Shown one piece after another: positions 7,573 through 14,812 of a DNA stretch of 45,695 nt. This DNA is from a phage. The stretch lies in the NCBI GenBank assembly GCA_032325415.1, contig GCA_032325415.1_4119.2; one strand, 5' to 3'. The notes under the pieces were generated by a model, which did no database searches, had not been told where the DNA came from, and was given only the letters and a program-made list of their open reading frames with translations. Every line of letters starts with the position of its first letter. Within the stretch, counting starts at the first letter, position 1. The position numbers were made by a program, and so were the translations under genes.

Positions 7573-8055
7573 ATGGCTAATGTAAAATCATTCATCAAAG
7601 CACTGGTAGCAAATGAAACTAACGTCGCGGCTGAGATCCTGGCTGAACTGGATAACGATACCATGAAAGCGGTACGCAATAATTTTAACATCGCTTACAG
7701 TACTGCGAAAGAACTACAAGCAAATAAAGCGGCAGAAATTGAAGCGGCAAAGGCGGCCCGTGAAGCAGAACTACAAGCAACAATCGAAAGTATTCAGGCG
7801 GCAGTAGTTGGATTGGATCTGGAAGTAGTTACAGAGATGGCACAAAAAGCCCTGGCGGTTAAGTATGGGGAAGACAAGCCAGAAGTAAAAGCCAAAAAAT
7901 GGATTCAGGAACGCGTAGCGGTAGTACTGGACAACGGGGAAGAATATCTGATTCCGGTGCGTGGTAACTGCATTGCGGTAGTACTGGACGCGATTAACGC
8001 CAGCGGTATGACTCGCGAGGAATGGATCGAATCTCATCGCAAAGTTGAAGCATAA
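7573..8055 (+). CDS. hypothetical Ala/Glu-rich protein (160 aa)
   Basis: SD TGAGGAT then ATG 7573, in frame with track ORF 7558. Confidence 0.65.
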   Translation: MANVKSFIKALVANETNVAAEILAELDNDTMKAVRNNFNIAYSTAKELQANKAAEIEAAKAAREAELQATIESIQAAVVGLDLEVVTEMAQKALAVKYGEDKPEVKAKKWIQERVAVVLDNGEEYLIPVRGNCIAVVLDAINASGMTREEWIESHRKVEA

Positions 8056-8076
8056 CAATTAAAGTACTGAATCACT

Positions 8077-8104
8077 AGCCCACCTTAAACGGTGGGCTTT
8101 TTTG
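8077..8104 (+). terminator. rho-independent terminator
   Basis: GCCCACC-TTAAAC-GGTGGGC followed by TTTTTTGTG. Confidence 0.8.
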
Positions 8105-8257
8105 TGTTTATCGTTTACCAGGCCACCAGCACCGCCTAGAAACGATTCTAACGCATTAAACTGATTATCTGATGCATTGCCCTAGCTGGTGGCGTTAAGG
8201 CTGTAAGAACGCGATTGAGAGCGTTTAAAGTATTTTGCAAAAAGTAATAAAAAGTAC

Positions 8258-8285
8258 TTGCACGATTAAGAGATTAGCGTATAAT
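8258..8285 (+). promoter_or_regulatory. sigma70-like promoter (cassette type)
   Basis: -35 TTGCAC 8258-8263, 16-bp spacer, -10 TATAAT 8280-8285; GTTTTACATC then GC hairpin. Confidence 0.65.
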
Positions 8286-8340
8286 GTTTTACATCGAGAG
8301 GGGGAAACGGTTCTCCTTCCAAATCAAAGGAATCAAAACA

Positions 8341-8568
8341 ATGGCTATTATCATTACTCGCGTATCTGGTACTACTGGCAACGAACAAGTAGTTGCAGTC
8401 ATTACCAATAAGGAAGGTGCGGAATTGCAAAATGCAATGAATACCTGGGCCGTTAATGAGTTCGGTCAGTGGGCTAGTGTAGCATACATTGAAACCTATC
8501 AAGTGCCGTCGATTAGTTTAACTGATTTGGGCGTTGAGCGTATCCTTTGCCTGGATGAATTAAATTAA
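8341..8568 (+). CDS. hypothetical protein (75 aa)
   Basis: SD AAAGGAAT then ATG 8341; track ORF 8284 start lies inside the promoter. Confidence 0.65.
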   Translation: MAIIITRVSGTTGNEQVVAVITNKEGAELQNAMNTWAVNEFGQWASVAYIETYQVPSISLTDLGVERILCLDELN

Positions 8569-8576
8569 AAAAGTAC

Positions 8577-8604
8577 TTGCAAAGTAAATCGAATAAAGTA
8601 TAAT
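8577..8604 (+). promoter_or_regulatory. sigma70-like promoter (cassette type)
   Basis: -35 TTGCAA 8577-8582, 16-bp spacer, -10 TATAAT 8599-8604; hairpin GGGGAGAA-ATGG-TTCTCCCC. Confidence 0.65.
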
Positions 8605-8653
8605 ACATTACATCAAGGGGAGAAATGGTTCTCCCCACTACAAGGAAACTAAA

Positions 8654-8797
8654 ATGAAAACTTGTCAATGTGGTCAGAAATCTATTACGGGTTTAAAGCG
8701 GGGCGTTGCTCTTTGCCAGTACCATTATAATTTACAAGTATGGGGTAAAGAATGGGCCGATCAAGTGGAAGCAATCAAGAAAGCAAAAAGTAAGTAA
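8654..8797 (+). CDS. small Cys-rich protein (47 aa), not in ORF track
   Basis: Complete cassette (promoter, hairpin, SD AAGGAAA, ATG 8654) with ORF MKTCQCGQKSITGLKRGVALCQYHYNLQVWGKEWADQVEAIKKAKSK; possible metal-binding CxC...C..H. Confidence 0.55.
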   Translation: MKTCQCGQKSITGLKRGVALCQYHYNLQVWGKEWADQVEAIKKAKSK

Positions 8798-8809
8798 AAA
8801 TATTATCAC

Positions 8810-8845
8810 AGTACTATTGACATAGTTTGATAGTACTGGCATAAT
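8810..8845 (+). promoter_or_regulatory. promoter with operator-like inverted repeat AGTACTAT-N12-ATAGTACT
   Basis: AGTACTAT 8810-8817, -35 TTGACA 8817-8822, ATAGTACT 8830-8837, -10 CATAAT 8840-8845. Confidence 0.6.
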
Positions 8846-8878
8846 AGATTTTATCAAGACAACTAAGAGGAAATTAAA

Positions 8879-9223
8879 ATGGCTAACATCAACACTATCG
8901 CAGCACAAAATATCAACCTGTCTTCTGTTGAAGTTGTACATATTGCCGCTCGGCGTTGGTTCCAGGCTTCATATGGTAACACTTATTTCTCTTTAAGTGT
9001 AGACGTAGAAATTGATGGTAATTTTATTGAAGTAGTAAACGTGCCGTTCCAATATGGATACGGGGATCACTTTGACACTGTAGCAATGGAAGAATTTAGC
9101 AAGGTTATTAATATGGAAGATAAAGAGTTTTTACGCGGTTCTTATCTTTCCCGTTTTTGCCGTGACAATAATATCACTGTTTACAGTTCGGTAACTGATG
9201 TTAAACGCAAAAAAGATCTTTAA
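8879..9223 (+). CDS. hypothetical protein (114 aa), distant paralog of 15482..15805
   Basis: SD TAAGAGG then ATG 8879; shares RW..GNTY and C-terminal DVKRKKD with 15482..15805. Confidence 0.65.
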   Translation: MANINTIAAQNINLSSVEVVHIAARRWFQASYGNTYFSLSVDVEIDGNFIEVVNVPFQYGYGDHFDTVAMEEFSKVINMEDKEFLRGSYLSRFCRDNNITVYSSVTDVKRKKDL

Positions 9224-9303
9224 TTAGCTTTACTTTATGCAGATACTTTGATATAGTGTCTGCATAGGGGAAAGAAATTAAATTAACTTAAGAGGATAGT
9301 ATA

Positions 9304-9573
9304 ATGAAAAATATCAGTACTTTAATCGATGCAGGTACTCATGTTCGTCGGTCTATGGTTGCAACCAGTACTACAAAACAAGTAGCGAGCGGTTATCTTG
9401 TATTTGTGCACGATGGAAAACTCCTGGAACGTTCAATCAATTTTGATGTTAAAAACAATTGCCGTTTTATTATCTTTAAGCGTGAGCAATATAAAATTGA
9501 TTTGCCAGCGAAGCCCATTAGCGGGGCGTATAACGTCTATTCATTGTTTGAGCGTCAACCATACACCTATTAA
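9304..9573 (+). CDS. hypothetical protein (89 aa)
   Basis: SD TAAGAGGA then ATG 9304; preceded by hairpin ATGCAGA-N-TCTGCAT 9236-9266. Confidence 0.6.
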   Translation: MKNISTLIDAGTHVRRSMVATSTTKQVASGYLVFVHDGKLLERSINFDVKNNCRFIIFKREQYKIDLPAKPISGAYNVYSLFERQPYTY

Positions 9574-9624
9574 TCAAAACATCGTTAGCGGTCGATTTAG
9601 GCCGCTTATATTGGGGATTATACC

Positions 9625-9897
9625 ATGAACGTTAATCAAGTACTGAATGAAGTTGAAAGCATCATTAAACCAATGAAACGCATTGATGCTATGTTAACAC
9701 CGGAAGAATGCCGCCTTTATGAGCGTTACAGCGTCGAACAAGTCCAGGCAATGGCTATGGCTACCCCAGCCGTTAAACCGCCTGAGAATGCGTTACAGGA
9801 CGTTACAGGGGATTATATCATTAATCCAGTACTAGGGAAGATGGCTGCAATCACCGAAGATCAACAAGACTACTTAAGCCAGTACTTAAAAGGTTAA
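9625..9897 (+). CDS. hypothetical protein (90 aa)
   Basis: Track ORF; SD GGGGA upstream. Confidence 0.55.
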   Translation: MNVNQVLNEVESIIKPMKRIDAMLTPEECRLYERYSVEQVQAMAMATPAVKPPENALQDVTGDYIINPVLGKMAAITEDQQDYLSQYLKG

Positions 9898-9902
9898 TTA
9901 AT

Positions 9903-10112
9903 ATGCTTACTGTACAGGATAAGATCGACATCTTAAAGGTTAATATGTATGTGATTGATGCCGTACCTGGTAAAGTATTTGCATACGATGATAGTACTGT
10001 AAGCGATTTCTACTATAGCCAGGCCGTGGGGGATCTTTCTGTACAGTCGGTTATTGAAAATGTAGTTAATGCAGCGTATGAGCATTTACTTTCAAATAGT
10101 ACTTGCAATTAG
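9903..10112 (+). CDS. hypothetical protein (69 aa)
   Basis: Track ORF 5 nt after previous stop; its stop TAG 10110-10112 lies immediately after the next -35. Confidence 0.55.
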   Translation: MLTVQDKIDILKVNMYVIDAVPGKVFAYDDSTVSDFYYSQAVGDLSVQSVIENVVNAAYEHLLSNSTCN

Positions 10113-10130
10113 TTTTTAAACGCGTATAAT
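10103..10130 (+). promoter_or_regulatory. sigma70-like promoter (cassette type)
   Basis: -35 TTGCAA 10103-10108, 16-bp spacer, -10 TATAAT 10125-10130; hairpin GCGGGAATAGTTCCCCC. Confidence 0.65.
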
Positions 10131-10182
10131 GTTTTACATCGAGAGCGGGAATAGTTCCCCCCTCACTTTTAAGGAATATGAA

Positions 10183-10329
10183 ATGAAAGCATCAAAAAAG
10201 AGTACTAACAAGAAAGCACGTTCAACCTTAGATGGGGTATTCCCTTTACGTTTCGTTGATGAAGTGGTTTCCTACCCGCCTGGCCTTACTCCTGAGATGG
10301 TAGAAAGTTTGCGTAAATCTAAAAAATAG
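10183..10329 (+). CDS. small basic protein (48 aa)
   Basis: SD AAGGAAT then ATG 10183, in frame with track ORF 10129 whose start is in the promoter. Confidence 0.55.
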   Translation: MKASKKSTNKKARSTLDGVFPLRFVDEVVSYPPGLTPEMVESLRKSKK

Positions 10330-10332
10330 TAC

Positions 10333-10360
10333 TTGCAATTAGTTTTTAGTACTGTATAAT
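10333..10360 (+). promoter_or_regulatory. sigma70-like promoter (cassette type)
   Basis: -35 TTGCAA 10333-10338, 16-bp spacer with CAGTACTG, -10 TATAAT 10355-10360; hairpin GGGGAGAA-ATGA-TTCTCCCC. Confidence 0.65.
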
Positions 10361-10410
10361 GTTTTACATGAAGGGGAGAAATGATTCTCCCCAATAACAG
10401 GAGAAACAAA

Positions 10411-10563
10411 ATGAAACAATACAACGCTCGGTTTGATGTTACTATCGGTAACGGCAAAGGTCAATTCTCTTTCAGTACTCGCCGCAGTTATACAGAAAAC
10501 TTCCTGCGTAATTGTGCACTGACCGCCGCTCAAATTAAACATTACTTTCAGGCTAAAAAATGA
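10411..10563 (+). CDS. small protein (50 aa)
   Basis: SD CAGGAGA then ATG 10411, in frame with track ORF 10381. Confidence 0.55.
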   Translation: MKQYNARFDVTIGNGKGQFSFSTRRSYTENFLRNCALTAAQIKHYFQAKK

Positions 10564-10649
10564 GATCATTAGCTTATTACAGTTCGGCCCTGGTCGGTGC
10601 ATTGATCGCGGCGTTGTTAGTAACCTATCTATTCTTTATGGTGATTTAA
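10560..10649 (+). CDS. small hydrophobic membrane peptide (29 aa)
   Basis: ATG 10560 overlaps upstream stop (ATGA); MRSLAYYSSALVGALIAALLVTYLFFMVI is a single predicted transmembrane helix; not in track. Confidence 0.45.
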   Translation: MRSLAYYSSALVGALIAALLVTYLFFMVI

Positions 10650-10784
10650 ATGAATCCTAACGGTATAGTTTACAGTACTCCTAAAACGAAAGCAGATAAA
10701 GCTAAAGCACGTAAAGCGAAAGTAAAGGAGTACATCAAGCAAGGCATGACACGAAAGGCCGCAGTACTTAAAGCTAAAAAATAA
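10650..10784 (+). CDS. small Lys-rich basic protein (44 aa)
   Basis: ATG 10650 directly follows the previous stop (TAAATG); MNPNGIVYSTPKTKADKAKARKAKVKEYIKQGMTRKAAVLKAKK; not in track. Confidence 0.4.
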   Translation: MNPNGIVYSTPKTKADKAKARKAKVKEYIKQGMTRKAAVLKAKK

Positions 10785-10787
10785 ATG

Positions 10788-10882
10788 AAAAAAGTGGTTG
10801 ACTTCGGTCAGCCATTTTGCTATTATATATTCATTGAGAGATAGCTCACTAGCCCACAGGGTGCAGGAGTGTATCTATTATA
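10788..10882 (+). repeat. R module copy 1: terminator-like hairpin with embedded promoter plus conserved core AGCCCACAGGGTGCAGGAGTGTATCT
   Basis: Hairpin GTGGTTGAC-TTCG-GTCAGCCAT (wobble-compensated), -35 TTGACT 10798-10803, -10 TATTAT 10821-10826; homologous to 14813, 17527, 19497. Confidence 0.65.
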
Positions 10883-10920
10883 TGAGTATTGAGTACTGAA
10901 AACTATTTTTAAAAAAGTAC

Positions 10921-10948
10921 TTGCAAACTATCTCAATAAGCGTATAAT
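10921..10948 (+). promoter_or_regulatory. sigma70-like promoter (cassette type)
   Basis: -35 TTGCAA 10921-10926, 16-bp spacer, -10 TATAAT 10943-10948; hairpin AGGGGAAAC-G-GTTTCCCCT. Confidence 0.65.
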
Positions 10949-10999
10949 GTTTTACATCGAAAGGGGAAACGGTTTCCCCTGGTAATAAGGAAACAAATC

Positions 11000-11341
11000 A
11001 TGACTATCTCAATTGCTCAATCTAACTTTGAAAATGAAATCATCGCCCAGGCACTGCGTTTAAATGATGGTCGGGCCGAAATTAATTACGGTTTCAATTC
11101 AGGCGGTTGTGAAAAATATCAGTACTTTGTAACGGCTGATGGCGGTGTCCTGGGTATCAATACAGTTATTGTAAACATCCAAAAAATTAATTTCAATGAT
11201 CCAGAGGATAGCCAGTTTTACATCACTGGCGTAGACGTGAACTATGAGGATGACTCACTAACTGATGATCACACTGGTGAGCGGTTAGAAAGTGCATACG
11301 GTGAAGATGATTATCAGTCCGGTCCAGAAGATTTCGAATAA
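11000..11341 (+). CDS. hypothetical acidic protein (113 aa)
   Basis: SD TAAGGAAA then ATG 11000; track ORF. Confidence 0.65.
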   Translation: MTISIAQSNFENEIIAQALRLNDGRAEINYGFNSGGCEKYQYFVTADGGVLGINTVIVNIQKINFNDPEDSQFYITGVDVNYEDDSLTDDHTGERLESAYGEDDYQSGPEDFE

Positions 11342-11355
11342 TATAAAAAAATAGT

Positions 11356-11383
11356 TTGACAATAGATTATAGTACTGTATAAT
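11356..11383 (+). promoter_or_regulatory. sigma70-like promoter (cassette type)
   Basis: -35 TTGACA 11356-11361, 16-bp spacer with AGTACTG, -10 TATAAT 11378-11383; hairpin GGGGAGAA-TAG-TTCTCCCC. Confidence 0.65.
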
Positions 11384-11436
11384 AGTTTACATCAAGGGGA
11401 GAATAGTTCTCCCCACTAACAGAGAGAGAAAACAAA

Positions 11437-11649
11437 ATGGCTAATATCCGGTCGAAATTAAAAAATGCAAAACAAGTTTTATTTTCAGATCATGAATACT
11501 TTAATAAAGATATTACAGGAGTTACAAGTATCAAGGAAGTAAAAGAAAAAACCGGCGTTTTGTGTGATGTGCGATTAGTTGGAACATTTGGGAATAACGT
11601 GCTATATCGCTGCGGTGATTACAATTTTACACTGACTATCATTAACTAA
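11437..11649 (+). CDS. hypothetical protein (70 aa)
   Basis: ATG 11437 after AGAGAGAGAAAACAAA leader; track ORF. Confidence 0.6.
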   Translation: MANIRSKLKNAKQVLFSDHEYFNKDITGVTSIKEVKEKTGVLCDVRLVGTFGNNVLYRCGDYNFTLTIIN

Positions 11650-11661
11650 AAATATTATCAC

Positions 11662-11697
11662 AGTACTATTGACATAGTTTGATAGTACTGACATAAT
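11662..11697 (+). promoter_or_regulatory. promoter with operator-like inverted repeat AGTACTAT-N12-ATAGTACT
   Basis: AGTACTAT 11662-11669, -35 TTGACA 11669-11674, ATAGTACT 11682-11689, -10 CATAAT 11692-11697. Confidence 0.6.
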
Positions 11698-11731
11698 AAC
11701 TTTTATCAACTACACTACTAAGGAATTAAAA

Positions 11732-11911
11732 ATGGCTATCATCGCAAAAACTGAAATCATCGGCCTGGATTCTATCATCATGACGTTTGAAGATCAAAAA
11801 GGTATGTATGTGGTTTCCTATGGTGATTATGTTCGGGAGTATGAAACGGTAGACGAAGCCTTTGAAAGTTACATTCGCCAGGTGAATAAAGCATACGACG
11901 ACTACCGCTAA
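11732..11911 (+). CDS. small protein (59 aa), not in ORF track
   Basis: SD TAAGGAAT then ATG 11732; ORF MAIIAKTEIIGLDSIIMTFEDQKGMYVVSYGDYVREYETVDEAFESYIRQVNKAYDDYR; the minus-strand track ORF 11778..11978 is rejected. Confidence 0.55.
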   Translation: MAIIAKTEIIGLDSIIMTFEDQKGMYVVSYGDYVREYETVDEAFESYIRQVNKAYDDYR

Positions 11912-11922
11912 AATATATTACC

Positions 11923-11966
11923 AGTACTATTAAATCTATTGACAATGTTTGATAGTACTGTATAAT
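11923..11966 (+). promoter_or_regulatory. promoter with operator-like inverted repeat AGTACTAT-N21-ATAGTACT
   Basis: AGTACTAT 11923-11930, -35 TTGACA 11939-11944, ATAGTACT 11952-11959, -10 TATAAT 11961-11966. Confidence 0.6.
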
Positions 11967-12010
11967 AAGTTTTATCAACAGTAGTTAACTTAACCTAAGA
12001 GAGAAACAAA

Positions 12011-12154
12011 ATGATCGCACTGGATTCATTCATCGACGCAGTACTGGCAAAAACTGGCGAGGATCTGACCGCAGAACAATACGCGATGATCGAGCAATGC
12101 CAGCAAGACGGTAAATCGGTGAAAGATACTGTTAAGATTATCCGCAAGATGTAA
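12011..12154 (+). CDS. small protein (47 aa), not in ORF track
   Basis: SD TAAGAGAGA then ATG 12011; ORF MIALDSFIDAVLAKTGEDLTAEQYAMIEQCQQDGKSVKDTVKIIRKM; followed by terminator. Confidence 0.5.
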   Translation: MIALDSFIDAVLAKTGEDLTAEQYAMIEQCQQDGKSVKDTVKIIRKM

Positions 12155-12160
12155 GATTAT

Positions 12161-12190
12161 AGCCCACTGGTTAACGCTGGTGGGCTTTAA
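12161..12190 (+). terminator. probable rho-independent terminator
   Basis: AGCCCAC-TGGTTAACGC-TGGTGGGCT hairpin then TTTAATT (weak T-run). Confidence 0.55.
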
Positions 12191-12259
12191 TTCATTACCC
12201 TATACAATGCCAGTACTACACCGTTTATCTCGTTAGAATGCGTTACAGGACGTTTGACA

Positions 12260-12457
12260 ATGATTAGCATGAAATCAGTACAAAAACAAATAGAAACATT
12301 ATCAAAAATTAAACGTAAACAGTACTCCTTAGAATATACAATCAATGGTAACTATCATCTAATGAAAGAGAATAATTTTATCGTCATTGATGAATCATTG
12401 CAAATCATTAGTATAGTACTGAAAGCATTAATCAATGACAGAAAAAAATTAAAATAA
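12260..12457 (+). CDS. hypothetical AT-rich protein (65 aa)
   Basis: Track ORF; ATG 12260 with SD-like AGGACG 7 nt upstream; no cassette promoter; composition differs from neighbours. Confidence 0.4.
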   Translation: MISMKSVQKQIETLSKIKRKQYSLEYTINGNYHLMKENNFIVIDESLQIISIVLKALINDRKKLK

Positions 12458-12461
12458 ACTA

Positions 12462-12490
12462 TTGACAATATCATCAAGTACTGGCATAAT
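12462..12490 (+). promoter_or_regulatory. sigma70-like promoter
   Basis: -35 TTGACA 12462-12467, 17-bp spacer with AGTACTG, -10 CATAAT 12485-12490. Confidence 0.55.
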
Positions 12491-12541
12491 ACTTACATCA
12501 AGACGAGAACGTCACTAACCCATAGGGTGCACAAATGTAAC

Positions 12542-12625
12542 TGTATAATATTGATCAAAAAATGATCTGATCAATACTTGATCAATTTGCGTAAAGTAGT
12601 ATAATTCTGATCAATTCTTGATCAA
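12542..12625. promoter_or_regulatory. cluster of six GATC sites (five within TGATCAA palindromes) flanked by extended -10-like elements
   Basis: GATC at 12553, 12564, 12569, 12580, 12609, 12620; TGTATAAT 12542-12549 and TAGTATAAT 12597-12605. Confidence 0.55.
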
Positions 12626-12786
12626 AGGCAATAAACGCAGTTGAATTTATATAGACAATACAAAGGCGTTACTATCCGTGGTAATGCTGGTGGATATGTA
12701 GTATCATATGGTTTGAATAAGATTAGCACTAGTAGTATTATTGTAGCATTACAGTACTATAGTATTTTTATAATGAGGTTAAAATA

Positions 12787-13044
12787 ATGGCTGTTGGATT
12801 CGCGAAGGACGGGGCCGAGCAAGACGAGATTAACGCAGTGATTCAGGCCGCTGTAAACCACGCTAGAACGCAAATTAACGCACAAATAGAATCACTGATA
12901 CATTGCCTCGACTGTGGCGATAAAATCCCTGAGAATCGCCGCCAGGTCGTTAAGGGGTGTAAGTACTGTATCACTTGCCAGGAGGATCATGATAGTACTT
13001 TTAAACGTCAACCGCGTAATTGTTGGCATAGATCTATGAGATAA
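12787..13044 (+). CDS. TraR/DksA-family C4 zinc-finger protein (85 aa), likely RNA-polymerase-binding regulator
   Basis: CLDCGDKIPENRRQVVKGCKYCITCQ matches the TraR/DksA zinc-finger pattern CxxCG-x-IP-x-x-RR ... CxxCQ (compare F-plasmid TraR CEACGNPIPEARRK...CVECQ). Confidence 0.8.
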   Translation: MAVGFAKDGAEQDEINAVIQAAVNHARTQINAQIESLIHCLDCGDKIPENRRQVVKGCKYCITCQEDHDSTFKRQPRNCWHRSMR

Positions 13045-13050
13045 AAAGTA

Positions 13051-13078
13051 TTGACAGTACTGAAAGATAGTGTATAAT
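13051..13078 (+). promoter_or_regulatory. sigma70-like promoter
   Basis: -35 TTGACA 13051-13056, 16-bp spacer with AGTACTG, -10 TATAAT 13073-13078. Confidence 0.6.
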
Positions 13079-13107
13079 GTTTTATATCTTAACTGAGGAT
13101 AGAAATC

Positions 13108-13464
13108 ATGGGAATACAACATATCACGCGTACTACTGACAATGGCGAGATCACTGGCTATCAAGTACAGGGCAAAGTAGCACAATTGCAGTACTGGTTT
13201 GTTAAACGTGGAATCATTGCACCGGATCTTGATTATGACCGTGTAGCGTTTATTGATTCTCTTTATGTTGATCCTGATAGTCGGGGGAATGGTGAAGGTA
13301 ACGAATTAATGAATGCCTTTATTGATGCCGCCGATGATTCAGATTGTATCATCTTAGAATGCGATACGGGAGAAGATAACGCCTTTAATCTTAAAGAATG
13401 GTATGAAGGTTTCGGATTCGAGGTACTGATCGATAGTGAATATCCTATCATGATTTTATCATAG
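13108..13464 (+). CDS. putative GNAT-family N-acetyltransferase (118 aa)
   Basis: SLYVDPDSRGNGEGNELMNAF resembles GNAT motif A (R/Q-x-x-G-x-G/A acetyl-CoA loop) and EWYEGFGFE resembles motif B; SD TGAGGAT. Confidence 0.55.
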   Translation: MGIQHITRTTDNGEITGYQVQGKVAQLQYWFVKRGIIAPDLDYDRVAFIDSLYVDPDSRGNGEGNELMNAFIDAADDSDCIILECDTGEDNAFNLKEWYEGFGFEVLIDSEYPIMILS

Positions 13465-13467
13465 TAC

Positions 13468-13496
13468 TTGCATTTAGTTTTCAGTACTGTTATAGT
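13468..13496 (+). promoter_or_regulatory. sigma70-like promoter (cassette type)
   Basis: -35 TTGCAT 13468-13473, 17-bp spacer with CAGTACTG, -10 TATAGT 13491-13496; hairpin AGGGGAA-ACATC-TTCCCCT. Confidence 0.55.
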
Positions 13497-13542
13497 ACTT
13501 GCATCAAGGGGAAACATCTTCCCCTACTAAGAGGAAATAAAA

Positions 13543-13731
13543 ATGGAAAACTTATCAAGTATTTTAGTACAAGATGATTTCGGTAATCCTGGAAGTGCTA
13601 TCATTGTTCGGGGTAATAAAGCAACATTTGTTATTGCTGGTGGACCTGTACAGCGTAGCATTAAAAACAATGCCGTTACTATTAATAATGTACGCTATCG
13701 CTTAGATAAAGAATTGATTCATAAACTGTAA
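13543..13731 (+). CDS. hypothetical protein (62 aa)
   Basis: SD TAAGAGGA then ATG 13543; track ORF. Confidence 0.6.
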   Translation: MENLSSILVQDDFGNPGSAIIVRGNKATFVIAGGPVQRSIKNNAVTINNVRYRLDKELIHKL

Positions 13732-13758
13732 TATTAATTTAATAGAGGATAACAATAA

Positions 13759-14082
13759 ATGTACATTCATACTACTATCACAAAGGAAGTCCGTTGCCAG
13801 TTCGAAAGTATTCCGGGCGTATGTTTCATCACTGGTACGTTTTCCCCTGGTGATCGTGATAATCCAGTACTGTTACAATTACGCCATCCATCATGGGATA
13901 AAGCATTTGATCTACCGTTGAATGAATTCGCAACTACTGCTGAAAAGTACATTAAAAATATTCGCGAGAATGATCGACTATTCATTAATGCTTTTAGTGA
14001 TTCCGCGTTAAGCGAGATCCACGGCGTATTGGTTGCAATCATGGAATCAATGCAGAAAACTAAATTCAAACAAGGTGAATAA
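13759..14082 (+). CDS. hypothetical protein (107 aa)
   Basis: SD AGAGGA then ATG 13759; track ORF; overlapping minus-strand ORF 13767..14177 rejected. Confidence 0.6.
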   Translation: MYIHTTITKEVRCQFESIPGVCFITGTFSPGDRDNPVLLQLRHPSWDKAFDLPLNEFATTAEKYIKNIRENDRLFINAFSDSALSEIHGVLVAIMESMQKTKFKQGE

Positions 14083-14088
14083 AAACTA

Positions 14089-14116
14089 TTGACAATGCAA
14101 TCCAGTACTGTATAAT
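14089..14116 (+). promoter_or_regulatory. sigma70-like promoter (cassette type)
   Basis: -35 TTGACA 14089-14094, 16-bp spacer with CAGTACTG, -10 TATAAT 14111-14116; hairpin GGGGAGAA-ATGA-TTCTCCCC. Confidence 0.65.
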
Positions 14117-14165
14117 AAGTTACATGAAGGGGAGAAATGATTCTCCCCACTGAGAGGAAAGAAAA

Positions 14166-14378
14166 ATGCAAGGTCAACTAATCGTTCGTAAATGGTCTGA
14201 TACTAACGAAAAACCGTGGGATGTACAATACATCGGACCGGATGGGGTATCACGTTATCAGCCTGGCGTAACGCATAGTACTGAGCAATTCGCCAACGCT
14301 CACCGCGAACGCCTGTTAGAATCCATGAAACAGGGATACGGTGAAAAATTCATTCAAGATCATTGGCTGAAAGATTAA
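14166..14378 (+). CDS. hypothetical protein (70 aa)
   Basis: SD TGAGAGGA then ATG 14166; track ORF. Confidence 0.65.
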   Translation: MQGQLIVRKWSDTNEKPWDVQYIGPDGVSRYQPGVTHSTEQFANAHRERLLESMKQGYGEKFIQDHWLKD

Positions 14379-14395
14379 TATAAGGAGTACAGCTT

Positions 14396-14488
14396 ATGCA
14401 AATGAATCCGATGATTATTGTTTTAGCTGTACTTATGATCATTCATGCAATAGTAGAAGTATTAACGCAATCAGGAGTAATAAAATGA
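14396..14488 (+). CDS. small hydrophobic membrane peptide (30 aa)
   Basis: Strong SD TAAGGAG then ATG 14396; MQMNPMIIVLAVLMIIHAIVEVLTQSGVIK; not in track. Confidence 0.5.
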   Translation: MQMNPMIIVLAVLMIIHAIVEVLTQSGVIK

Positions 14489-14658
14489 TTCAAGTAGAAT
14501 TATCAGTACTGAAAGATCTGTTTTATCGGTTAGGTACTACTGGAGAGTATCCTAAAAGTGATACCGCAAAACTTTTTGTATCACTCGACTTATGGCAACG
14601 CGAACAATTAGTAATGTCCTGGCGTAAAGGTAAAGCAGATAGCGAGGTGAAAGCATGA
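14485..14658 (+). CDS. small protein (57 aa)
   Basis: ATG 14485 overlaps upstream stop (ATGA) with SD CAGGAG inside the upstream ORF; not in track. Confidence 0.45.
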   Translation: MIQVELSVLKDLFYRLGTTGEYPKSDTAKLFVSLDLWQREQLVMSWRKGKADSEVKA

Positions 14659-14804
14659 AAGAATTCTTATTCGAAGTAGTGTTTCAAGGTGTCGGTAGTA
14701 ACCAACTGATTCGCTCAAGTGGTTATAATGTTAACCAGGCATGGAATAACATTAAACAAATGTACCCGAACGCTATCACCTATCGCAACCCGAAAGAAGT
14801 TTAA
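14655..14804 (+). CDS. small protein (49 aa)
   Basis: ATG 14655 overlaps upstream stop (ATGA); SD GAGGTG; not in track. Confidence 0.45.
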   Translation: MKEFLFEVVFQGVGSNQLIRSSGYNVNQAWNNIKQMYPNAITYRNPKEV

Positions 14805-14812
14805 AAATATTT

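Noticed and set aside
9398-9628. Plus-strand ORF overlapping 9304..9573 in another frame
   Set aside because: No SD, and it overlaps a better-supported gene; likely spurious.
13767-14177. Minus-strand ORF of 136 aa (similarly 2530..2817, 3132..3383, 7171..7428, 7771..8058, 8266..8502, 10272..10602, 11778..11978, 12892..13185, 13263..13517, 15915..16145, 18462..18806, 19593..19889, 20075..20359)
   Set aside because: Each overlaps a + strand gene that has promoter, SD and in some cases paralog support; several contain reverse translations of the conserved leader hairpin.
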